From contig OZ024741.1 in assembly GCA_964016885.1 (NCBI GenBank), positions 150,722,001 to 150,786,000 on the forward strand: DNA of 64,000 nt. Direction: 5' to 3'. Positions within the stretch are counted from its first letter, which is position 1; each line of letters begins with the position of its first letter. A program made the translations under genes and the position numbers. The notes under the pieces were generated by a model. It worked only from the letters and a program-made list of their open reading frames with translations, was not told where the DNA came from and searched no databases. The DNA is from Eledone cirrhosa. Lineage: Eukaryota. Positions 43,748 through 54,749 of this stretch are shown here, piece after piece.

Positions 43748-45157
43748 TATAATTAATTAAGAAATTTAGTTAATATATGAAACCTGATGATAAATCATTA
43801 GATTCCTTCACCTTTTTCTTTTTAAACTTTCTTCCTAAATATAAACAAGGATATAATATCTACTCTAAAATGTATATGCTCCCAATGTATTAAATAAAAT
43901 TTACGTAAGATAAATTCCTATACTAAATATAAGATCATCCGTAGAATCACTGGGTCTTCGAAATCTTTTAAATTATTTTTGTTCTTTTATTTGTTTTTTG
44001 ACCCTGATAGCTTCTAATAACTTTCATATGTCTACCCTTGCAATATCTTGTTTGAGATATAGGTAGGATAGATTTCTATAATAAATATATAAAACATATT
44101 GTTTTTAACTTGAGATACTCTATAGTGTGTTAAAGATATTTTAATGCTTTGATATTTCTGTATTAATATATTGATATTTGAATATCTCTATACAAAGGCC
44201 ATTTGTGTGTATTAACATGCATATAAAAGGTTTATAGAGTTTATTTATGTGTTCGTATATATGTCTGTATATATGCATAACGATGCTGGAAAACTGACGC
44301 AGATGTTTATTTATACATATATTTGTGTATGTATGATTGTGTGTGTATATGTTGATATGTGGTGCAGATATGCATAATATTAAATACATGAACGGTAATC
44401 ATATATGTGAGGACATGAATATTAATCGTATTTTTATGTATAGATACTGTGAAATTTTTTATAACACAAGAAATGTATAGAAGTGATCAAGTGAAATCAT
44501 TTGTATGTCTATATTATTGACTGGAGTAGACATAATTTTCTCTTTTTTTCAGAACGTACATATATATATACATATGTGTATCGGTATTTTTATAAATAGG
44601 GTAATTTTTTAAGGTTTTACCTCAGATTTTGGTATATTGACCTCAAGGTTTTAAACTAAACATATGGTCATTATTGAACAATATTATTTTCTCATATTAT
44701 ATATCTATGTCTCATTCATGAATATTGATATTTACATTTTTATTATTCATTTCATATGAATTGATAATTTAACTTAATATGACATGACGTAAAGTTGTCA
44801 CTATATCCTCCCCTCTCTATATAGTACTTCCTCTCTCTTGAGTTTCTCTATCTGTATGATGAATTATTATCTCTCTGTTGCTTTCTTTTGTCTTTCGTAT
44901 TTCTTTCTTCTTTCTTTCTTTTTCATTTCCTCCTATCTATTTTTATATATATCTTCCTTTTCTCTCTCTCCTTCTTTTTTTTCTCTCTCCCTCTTTATCT
45001 CCGTTTTTCTTTTCTCTCCGTCTTTTTTCTAACTGTGCTTAACACTACAACTAATAAAATAATTATAAACATATCACTATCCAGACAGCTTCCAAAAGTA
45101 ATGGTCGCTTCTAATAGGGTACGTCAAAATTATTTATAAAACTGTTTATATATTGTA

Positions 45158-45218
45158 TTTTGTCTGATGAAGGCATACCATATTTTAATTTGGTATCCCT
45201 GAAATATGTATAATGAAA
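45158..45218 (+). ncRNA. Type I hammerhead ribozyme in the pLTR (inverted copy at 42989-43049)
   Basis: UUUUGU-CUGAUGA-AGGCAUACC..GGUAUCCCU-GAAA-UAUGU-AUA-AUGAAA. Confidence 0.8.
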
Positions 45219-45510
45219 TAAATATGGTTTTATAAATATAGTTTCCATTTATTTAATATCCTATATATATATATATATTTTTTTTTTTCTCAACCTGATT
45301 AGTTTCTTCGTTACTTTGGTATGTATTGTGTGTTAGTTTAGCCTACCACAATGTCCGATTTGTCAAGCTATTTAAACGTATGTTATAACTCTGAGACCTA
45401 TCTTATCGAGTGCTTCGCTAACCCATCACTTCATATAAGTAGGCCGAATTACTTGCAAACCGCCAGAGATTCGATTTTACTGATTCCCAATTATATATAT
45501 ATATATACAT

Positions 45511-45547
<37 letters not shown>

Positions 45548-45689
45548 ATACTTTGGGAGGGTCATGTTGCCAATAAGAAACACACGCACCAGTTGCTTTC
45601 ACTTCAATTTATTATATATTTATAAATTTATAAATTTATAAATTTCTGGTTGGTTGGTTGGTTCCACAACCAGATAGTTGTTTATATAT

Positions 45690-45734
45690 AGTCATAGTTC
45701 TTTCGTCACACACTCTGTGACCTCTTCAGTGACT
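45690..45734 (-). ncRNA. Minimal type I hammerhead ribozyme
   Basis: AGUCA-CUGAAGA-G-GUCACA-GAGUG-UGUGAC-GAAA-GAA-CUA-UGACU. Confidence 0.75.
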
Positions 45735-46046
45735 GGGGATTCCTTTCTTTGTTTCTGTGCCTCTCCTTTGTTCTGTCCTACGCCATATATATATTTTTTT
45801 TGAAAGGATAAAAAGGACGATTGGTTTCTCCTTCATTACATTTATTGGTAGGTGACGCGCGTTTCGCCACTGATCAGCTCAAGGTTCGATCTGTATCGAT
45901 CTTACCCGACTCTATAACCGGCAGCCCGACGGACCCTTTAAAATGCTAGTAGAAAATGAATACATGCTATATGATAAAGTCAGAAGTTCATATGTTGGTC
46001 AATATGGATTGTTTTGATTGGTGGAATAGATCATAGGGATGTATTG

Positions 46047-46329
46047 GCCTGTAGTGTATGTGGGGGTGGATGTGATGATAAGATGGTGGTGACGGTCTCT
46101 GGCTGGGGTGGGCTGTGGTGTGGAGGTGGTGGATTGACTTTCGCCTGTAGTGTATGTGGGGGTGGATGTGATGATAAGATGGTGGTGACGGTCTCTGGCA
46201 GGGGTGGGCTGTGGTGTTGGGGTGGTGGATTGGCTTTCGCCTGTAGTGTATGTGGGGGTGGATGTGATGATAAGATGGTGGTGACGGTCTCTGGCTGGGG
46301 TGGGCTGTGGTGTTGGGGTAGTGGATTGT
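46047..46329. repeat. 96-bp tandem repeat x3 inside the PLE
   Basis: GCCTGTAGTGTATGTGGGGGTGG at 46047, 46143 and 46239. Confidence 0.9.
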
Positions 46330-47546
46330 CGGTAGCCAGATCGGCGTATATTTGTGGCTGATTATTGTGTGTGATGTAGGTGTGGTGTTGCTGTTTATGG
46401 TAGTGGCGTTTGTGGTGGTGTGGTGGATGTGTTGGTGGTGTCAAATCAATGGGGAGATACATACCTAGACACTCTTAGTCTGACAAAAACGTTGTATACA
46501 TACTCATGCGTATATATACTGACATATATACACATGCACACGTATATACACACGCATACACACGTACACATACACCCACATATACATATATTTATATACA
46601 TATATACACATATATGCATGCGCTCGTGTGTATATATATAGAGGAGGGGAGTGGAGTGTCAGTGGGGGTGGCGTAGTACATAGATAGAGAGAGGGGGAGA
46701 GCCAATGGAGATGGCGTTGTACATATACTTACACACAGACACACACACTTGCGTTGGTTCGGGAGGGAAGGTATGTGTTGGCGATGTTAATGATGTTAAT
46801 GGTTGTTGAGGTATGAAGTTGTGCCTTGTGGTGGCGGCGGTGGGGTTGTGAGCGACAAAAAATATACAGGATCAAATAATACGATGGGTTACAGGTTAAA
46901 AAGGGACACAGGGAACACGGGAAAAAAAGTGTGTGGACGTATAGCGATGTGTGTGGTCATGGTGGTGGTGATGGGGTGATATGTTCAACAATATATTTAC
47001 ATGATCAGATGTTACGGTGGGTTACAGGGTAAAGCTGACAAAGAGGGTAGATATAACACAGTCGTTCTGGGAGTGAGGGATGATATGTGTTGGTGATGTT
47101 AATGATGTTAATGATTGTTGAAGTATGGAGATGTATCTAGTGGTGGCGGTGGTGGTGTGTGCGACAGTATATTTACAGGATCGAATTTTGCGAGGGGTTG
47201 TAGGTTAAGGCAGACAGAGGGAAAATGGGGGAATAAGGTTGCGGGTGTGGGATGGTAGACATACAGCGATGTGTGCGGTGGTGGTGGTGGTGGTGGCGAT
47301 GGGGTGATATGATCGACATTATATTTACAGGATCAGATGTTACTATGGATTACAAGGTAAAACCTGACAGAGTGGTCAGATAGAACACAATGTTACAAAG
47401 ATGAGGGGGTGTATGGCGATGTGATTTTTGGTGGGGGTGATGTATGCGGCATGATATACAAAATATGGGCAAATGGTTACATGCAATAAAATAAAATAAA
47501 ATTAACTGAGATGAGGGATGGTGAGACGGAGCAAAGGTGGTTATTA

Positions 47547-48673
47547 TTATGTTGGGTCATGGTTAGTGTGCGGCCCTCCACCGAATGTTTGTGCAGAAAA
47601 TGTGTTCAGCCTGGTGGGTCTGCAATTGATAATTATGTCCGGCCTATATTTTATTGCAGATTTTAATTTAATTATCTCTGCCGCCTCGGCCAGGCATAAC
47701 CTGCAGTGGTTTCTGTCACTGGGGAGTTGCGCCACGCGTCTTTTGACTGACCATGTGATCTGGGATTCGATGTTCCTGTCCTTGAGATCCCAGATCAAAT
47801 CGGCCAGTCTAGTTTGGGATCGTTTCAGCCTATGTTTAAAGGAGCTTCTATGGTTATACCAGCGCTCCTTAAACGTAGTGGAGGTCGCACCTATATATGA
47901 GTACTCTTTATTGCCAGCTGTGACATCACACCGGTAAACAATGTTTTTAACGAGGCGCTCCCCGTTTAGTGGGCATTCAGCCCGTTTTTTGCAGTTGCAA
48001 TTGGGTGTTACCGGTGTGGTGGCACGTTGCCGGTTGGTGGCATGATGTGTGGATCTGGCATGTGGGTTGTTGTGCTGTGTTGTGTATGTGGTTTCGTTCT
48101 GGGTTGTGGTAGTGGTTTGTTGTGGGGCAACCATGTGTTTGCGCATTTTTGTCCTATTAGTGTTTGTTATTGTGGGGCCTAGATTTAGTGCTGTGGAGAA
48201 AGAGAATTTTACAGTGTGTCTTTTGAAGAGCTTGTGGTATATATGTGTGTGTGGAAAAATTGTTCAAGAGCCCTGAAGAAGGTTCCCGGTATATTGGCGG
48301 CAACGTGTATAGAATACGGGGCATTGTACCATGTGACAGGTCTACTTCGGGCTCTACGGTGTTTAGTGAGGTTTTTGTGGTTAGGTGGTAGTGTGGGTGC
48401 GTTTTGGTCAGGCGTATGTGTCATAGGGGTTCCTAGTAATCTATTGGCGTTATGTCTTTTGTCTCTATTACTACGTAAACGTGTGCGATAGTCGGAGTCC
48501 TTATTGGGGTTGGAGAGTATAGCTTTATCTCCTTGACAGTTGTGTGTAATGCTGCCTGTCCTGCCGTCTAAAGAGGGTCTAGGTGTGGTGACCTCTTCTA
48601 TGTTCGTTTCTAAGGGTCCTGTTATGTTTGGCGGCGTTACGGTTCTATTTGGGTCGTTGTAAGAAATATTCAT
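47547..48673 (-). pseudogene. Frameshifted PLE linker plus GIY-YIG endonuclease ORF
   Basis: RSRPVTWYNAPYS..; CNCKKRAECPLNG..NIVY..YIGATSTTFKERWYNHRSSF..LADLIWDLK..CRLCLAE. Confidence 0.85.
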
Positions 48674-48950
48674 TTTCTACTAGCATTTTAAAGGATCCGT
48701 CGAGCTGCCGCTTATAGAGTCGGGTAAGATCGATACAGATCGAACCTTGAGCTGATCAGTGGCGAAACGCGCGTTACCTACAAATAAATGTAATGAAGGA
48801 GTAACCAATCGTTCTTGTTATCCTTTCAATATATTACACTCTGTATAGCTCTACACCTCAACACAGAAGTGAACCTAAACATCGAGTGCTCTCCCGGGTG
48901 AACCTGCAGTAACACCAAGTTACACTCCCTGGATATATATATATATATAT

Positions 48951-51142
48951 ATATTAAAATATAGAGAAAAATACTGCAGGTAGCACATGGTAACATGTAA
49001 TAAAATAAGTCCCTCATCAGTGATTTGCCGAAGATCATAGATATTTCATTGCATTAAAAATCATATATCTCACTTCGGTGCAATAATAACCAAAATAAGT
49101 TATTAGGACAATTAAAACGCGTAAAGCGAGTGAGACAGGAGAACAGCAGAAAATATAGCATACCGTAGGGGAGAAACAAGCTTCAAAAATTATTCTGTTT
49201 AGCATAAGCTAGGTGAATATATGAGCGCTTAGAGAATAGTACCTACATGAACGAAGGCTATTGAGCAGAGAGAGAAAAAATAGCGTTCGTGAGTGCAGGA
49301 TGAAATGAAGAGAAGAGGGAGAAAAACAGTGAGTGAGTGAAAGTGTGAGGAAGAGTTAACGGACAAGACAGAGGGGGAGAAACAGAGAGAATGGGGGAAC
49401 AGTAAGAGAGAGAGAAAAAACACAGAATCGCAGTGGTAAATATATGTATTAAAATATAGAGAAAAATACTGCAGGTAGCACATGGTAACATGTAATAAAA
49501 TAAGTCCCTCATCAGTGATTTGCCGAAGATCATAGATATTTCATTGCATTAAAAATCATATATCTCACTTCGGTGCAATAATAACCAAAATAAGTTATTA
49601 GGACAATTAAAACGCGTAAAGCGAGTGAGACAGGAGAACAGCAGAAAATATAGCATACCGTAGGGGAGAAACAAGCTTCAAAAATTATTCTGTTTAGCAT
49701 AAGCTAGGTGAATATATGAGCGCTTAGAGAATAGTACCTACATGAACGAAGGCTATTGAGCAGAGAGAGAAAAAATAGCGTTCGTGAGTGCAGGATGAAA
49801 TGAAGAGAAGAGGGAGAAAAACAGTGAGTGAGTGAAAGTGTGAGGAAGAGTTAACGGACAAGACAGAGGGGGAGAAACAGAGAGAATGGGGGAACAGTAA
49901 GAGAGAGAGAAAAAACACAGAATCGCAGTGGTAAATATATGTATTAAAATATAGAGAAAAATACTGCAGGTAGCACATGGTAACATGTAATAAAATAAGT
50001 CCCTCATCAGTGATTTGCCGAAGATCATAGATATTTCATTGCATTAAAAATCATATATCTCACTTCGGTGCAATAATAACCAAAATAAGTTATTAGGACA
50101 ATTAAAACGCGTAAAGCGAGTGAGACAGGAGAACAACAGAAAATATAGCATACCGTAGGGGAGAAACAAGCTTCAAAAATTATTCTGTTTAGCATAAGCT
50201 AGGTGAATATATGAGCGCTTAGAGAATAGTACCTACACGAACGAAGGCTATTGAGCAGAGAGAGAAAAAATAGCGTTCGTGAGTGCAGGATGAAATGAAG
50301 AGAAGAGGGAGAAAAACAGTGAGTGAGTGAAAGTGTGAGGAAGAGTTAACGGACAAGACAGAGGGGGAGAAACAGAGAGAATGGGGGAACAGTAAGAGAG
50401 AGAGAAAAAACACAGAATCGCAGTGGTAAATATATGTATTAAAATATAGAGAAAAATACTGCAGGTAGCACATGGTAACATGTAATAAAATAAGTCCCTC
50501 ATCAGTGATTTGCCGAAGATCATAGATATTTCATTGCATTAAAAATCATATATCTCACTTCGGTGCAATAATAACCAAAATAAGTTATTAGGACAATTAA
50601 AACGCGTAAAGCGAGTGAGACAGGAGAACAACAGAAAATATAGCATACTGTAGGGGAGAAACAAGCTTCAAAAATTATTCTGTTTAGCATAAGCTAGGTG
50701 AATATATGAGCGCTTAGAAAATAGTACCTACACGAACGAAGGCTATTGAGCAGAGAGAGAAAAAATAGCGTTCGTGAGTGCAGGATGAAATGAAGAGAAG
50801 AGGGAGAAAAACAGTGAGTGAGTGAAAGTGTGAGGAAGAGTTAACGGACAAGACAGAGGGGGAGAAACAGAGAGAATGGGGGAACAGTAAGAGAGAGAGA
50901 AAAAACACAGAATCGCAGTGGTAAATATATGTATTAAAATATAGAGAAAAATACTGCAGGTAGCACATGGTAACATGTAATAAAATAAGTCCCTCATCAG
51001 TGATTTGCCGAAGATCATAGATATTTCATTGCATTAAGAATCATATATCTCACTTCGGTGTAATAATAACCAAAATAAGTTATTATGACAATTAAAACGC
51101 GTAAAGCGAGTGAGACAGGAGAACAACAGAAAATATAGCATA
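48951..51142 (-). repeat. 495-bp tandem array (~4.4 near-identical units) flanked by (AT)n
   Basis: Identical landmarks every 495 bp (TCATCAG at 49014, 49509, 50004, 50499, 50994). Confidence 0.97.
49014..49084 (-). ncRNA. Non-circularly permuted hammerhead-like RNA (variant 5, AUA site; also 49509-49579, 50004-50074, 50499-50569, 50994-51064)
   Basis: AUUGCA CCGAAG ug AGAUAU A UGAUUU uuaa UGCAAU GAA AUAUCU augau CUUCGG c AAAUCA CUGAUGA. Confidence 0.78.
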
Positions 51143-51418
51143 TATATATATATATATATATATAACGGGGGTGAATTTGTTTTGCGAGGTTTTTGATATG
51201 AAATCGTGTGTCGAAACAAATATTGTTGTACTTGGGGAGGGTCATATTGTTGTAATAATATTGCCAGAAATAACAACAGAACACACTGTTTGGTTGGTTT
51301 TCGCTTCTGTATCCTTTATATCTCTACAGTTAATTCATTCGGTCCTCAATGTTTACCATTGACTGATCAACGGTAAAAAATACAGATATAATATAGATAT
51401 AAACACATATATATAGTC

Positions 51419-51462
51419 TAACAAAGTTCTTTCGCTGCATATCTGCAACATCATCAGTGGTA
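51419..51462 (-). ncRNA. Minimal type I hammerhead, same family as 45690
   Basis: UACCA-CUGAUGA-U-GUUGCA-GAUA-UGCAGC-GAAA-GAA-CUU-UGUUA; flanks resemble 45540-45790. Confidence 0.6.
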
Positions 51463-52271
51463 CTATTATATTCCCCCTGTGGTATTGTATATCTACGCCA
51501 TTTTTATTTTATTTTATACTAAAAAACTATATATGCATATGCGATCAGAATATTAAACTTAGCACTACTGGACATTGCTGAGTTATTTTTATTTTTATTT
51601 TTTTTTAATTTTCTTAAACTTATTGCCTTTTATTTCCCCATTTTACTTTACTTTATCTTATTTCTTCATCTGCTTGCCCCCTCCCCCTACCACAAGAAAT
51701 GGTGGCAGGATTGATGCCAACACACACACACAAATTCTTCTAAAAATAGCAGCAGCCGGACTTAAGCTGACCCCAACACCAAAACCACTACCAACATAAG
51801 GGAGGAGGTCAATTGTAGTTAACAATAACAAAAACAACCACTACAGATTGCCTCGCCTCAGAAATAATTTCTATAGACTTTTGACTGAGGAATGTTCTTA
51901 CAACTGACCAATGGGAGGAGAGGGTGTCCTTTGACGCTGAAATTCGTTTGTTCGAATTCATATGATTTCAGTTCCTCAGAGAAATAACAACCCAACCAGG
52001 AACTGGGCATATCGGAGTATTGACGAAGTTAAACACCTCAACAACATGTGTACTTGTCTCTACCACATCAATTCGGACTGCCTGAAGAGGTCACAGCCAA
52101 AGATGGCTGTCACCGAAATATATATAGTAATAAACGAAGCCAAATTTTAAATATTTGACTTATTTATTTTACTCCGGAGTAACCAAACTAACCTGCGCAC
52201 TTCGTCTAGTGCTCCAATCTGTTTACTGAGGTGTCGGTGAACAACCAACATATACTAAAAAAAAAAAAAAA

Positions 52272-52304
<33 letters not shown>

Positions 52305-52308
<4 letters not shown>

Positions 52309-53080
52309 TAATTTAATATATCAACTAACATAAGCGCACAGATGCACGCCCATGCCAGCAAATACACAGGTTATGTCATAGTACCTAGGTGGTTCAATGC
52401 AGGAGAATGCAGAACAATAATATAAAGGACGTAAAATAAGAAAATATTTTTTTAAAAAAATTTAAAAAAATTTTTTTTCTTACTTAAATTTTCACTCCAA
52501 CTAATTAGTTTCTGCAATGGGATAAAGACAGTTACGTAATCCAACTGTCGAGAATTCATTGCGTCATCAGGAAGTCTATTCTCAGTTAAGTCTCCAGGCA
52601 ATGCGCGGACACTGGCGGCTCATATAAAAATAATAATAATTCGGTAGATCGAACAGCTTGCGAGGACTGGATTCTATGTACCGAAATTCTCACTGCTTCA
52701 AGTCAAATGGCCGATTCTAAAGAATCAATCACGTGACACAGAGGCTAGTTAGAAGGAATGGGATGGTAAGATGACTGACGCCTACTAACACCCCAAAAAA
52801 AATTTTTTTTAGAAGTGGTTTTGACAAGTTTGCTCGACAAATCAGTGATTTGGAGATAAATATAGATAATTTAATATATCAACTAACATAAGCGCACAGA
52901 TGCACGCCCATGCCAGCAAATACACAGGTTATGTCATAGTACCTAGGTGGTTCAATGCAGGAGAATGCAGAACAATAATATAAAGGACGTAAAATAAGAA
53001 AATATTTTTTTAAAAAAATTTAAAAAAAATTTTTTTCTTACTTAAATTTTCACTCCAACTAATTAGTTTCTGCAATGGGA
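52305..53080 (-). mobile_element. 558-bp HHR-bearing unit plus a ~215-bp partial tandem copy, between (AT)n tracts
   Basis: TAGATAATTTAATATATCAACTAAC at 52305 and 52863. Confidence 0.88.
52494..52575 (-). ncRNA. Type I hammerhead with long stem II and palindromic stem III
   Basis: ACUUC-CUGAUGA-cGCAAUG..GACAGUU..AACUGUC..CAUUGCa-GAAA-CUAAUUA-GUU-GGAGU. Confidence 0.8.
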
Positions 53081-53104
53081 TATATATATATATAGTAATA
53101 ATAA

Positions 53105-53450
53105 TAATAAATATGAAAACTAAAATCTGAAGAGGGCTCGATAAGGATAATATATATATATAAATATATAAATATATATAAAAACAGTAGTGCAAATATT
53201 TATTAAAATAACAGATTAAAGTTTAAGCAAAGAATCGTTGCTTTCACCCTTAACAGGATCTTCTGAAACAGTTTCAGAAGATCCCGTTAAGGATCCCGTT
53301 AAGGATCCCGTTAAGCAGCGATTCTTTGATTAAACTTTAATCTGTTATTTTGATATATATATATAAATATTTGCTCTACGGCTTTTATATATATTTATAT
53401 ATATATTATCCTTATCGAGCCCTCTTCAGATTTTAGTTTTCATATTTATT
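53105..53450. repeat. ~345-bp imperfect palindrome with a 12-bp tandem triplication next to the centre
   Basis: AATAAATATGAAAACTAAAATCTGAAGAGGGCTCG... / ...CGAGCCCTCTTCAGATTTTAGTTTTCATATTTATT; centre CTGAAACAGTTTCAG. Confidence 0.85.
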
Positions 53451-53561
53451 AAATACTTTGCCTTTATAATTGTCCCAGAAGAGCCCCATTGGGCGAAACA
53501 TATGCAAGAGCTTTATATAAATATGTTTTAACGGCTTGCAACTCTTTCATTAATATTTTCG

Positions 53562-53597
<36 letters not shown>

Positions 53598-53604
<7 letters not shown>

Positions 53605-54200
53605 GACGTAAAATAAGAACATTTTAAAAATTAACTTACTTACTAAAATTTTCACTCCAACTAATTAGTTTCTGTAAGGGAATAAATATAGTTACGCAAC
53701 GCAACTATAGAGAAGTCCTTACGTCATCAGGGAGTCTATTCTCAGCTAGGTTCCCAGGCAATGCGCGGACACTAGGAACCCATATAAAAATAATAATCCA
53801 GTGAATGGGAAAAAAAGCTAGCGGGGACTAAATTCCAGGGCACTGAAAAAATTCACTGCCTACTTGGTCAGTGGCAAATTCTAAAGAATTAATCACGTGA
53901 CACTGAGGTTAATCAGTGAGGAGTGGGGTGGTATTATGACAAGAGCCTAACTACTACCATGAACCATAGCAGTAAATTTCGGCAAGTTTTGCTCAACAAA
54001 TAATTTGGAGTTAAATTGTGTTGCGTAACTATATTTATTCCCTTACATAAACTAATTAGTTGGAGTGAAAATTTTAGTAAGTAAGTTAATTTTTAAAATT
54101 TTCTTATTTTACGTCTTTCATATAATTGTTCTGCATCCTCCTGCATAGAACCACAAAGGTACTAAGAAATAACATATATATTTGCTAGCATGGGTATACA
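53598..54200 (-). mobile_element. Diverged relative of the 558-bp unit with a ~100-bp inverted end
   Basis: 53598-53700 is inverted relative to 54020-54123; colinear with 52425-52860. Confidence 0.8.
53654..53735 (-). ncRNA. Type I hammerhead (covarying homologue of 52494)
   Basis: ACUCC-CUGAUGA-cGUAAGG..UAUAGUU..AACUAUA..CCUUACa-GAAA-CUAAUUA-GUU-GGAGU. Confidence 0.82.
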
Positions 54201-54249
54201 TCTGTATACATATGTTGGTAGATATACTAATTCTCTATCTCTCTCTCTC

Positions 54250-54360
<111 letters not shown>

Positions 54361-54749
54361 ATATTAGAATGTTGTCACAAGAGCAACACTTCTTTTTTAG
54401 GGAGGGGGAAGGCAAATCAATTAAATCTACTCCAGTACTTGACAGGTATTTTATTTATAACTTCGGAAGGAGTCGGCATTATGCGCGGGAATGACGCGTT
54501 AGGCTTCCAGTAATAAATATGTGGTCTGAATAGGCGTCCGTTTGAAATTGTGGACACCCTATGCTATCCCTGTGTGATAATCTAATCAAAAACTTATTTA
54601 AATACGATTTAAATGACCCTATGTGATTGGTCAAGGCCCACACTGGCGTATAGGTGGAACTGCTTGATCAGGTTCTTGAGGTTTTTGCAACCCCACTTCT
54701 ATAAGCTACTCCTACGCAGTCCTAGCGTACGTCTAATATGCCGCTCTAG

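Larger units (their letters stand above)
42947..45260 (+). mobile_element. 5'-truncated Penelope-like element with ~368-bp inverted terminal pLTR copies
   Basis: 42947-43314 is nearly the reverse complement of 44893-45260; GIY-YIG ORF inside; one HHR in each arm. Confidence 0.9.
45802..48828 (-). mobile_element. Penelope-like element with ~160-bp inverted ends, encoding linker plus GIY-YIG but no visible RT
   Basis: 45802-45962 is inverted relative to 48669-48828; ORFs 48209-48673 and 47547-48146. Confidence 0.85.

Noticed and set aside
48735-48800. GCTGATCAGTGGCGAAACGCGCGT(T/C) in the inverted repeat as a hammerhead
   Set aside because: GAAAC and a palindromic stem III are present, but there is no intact CUGANGA or convincing stem I
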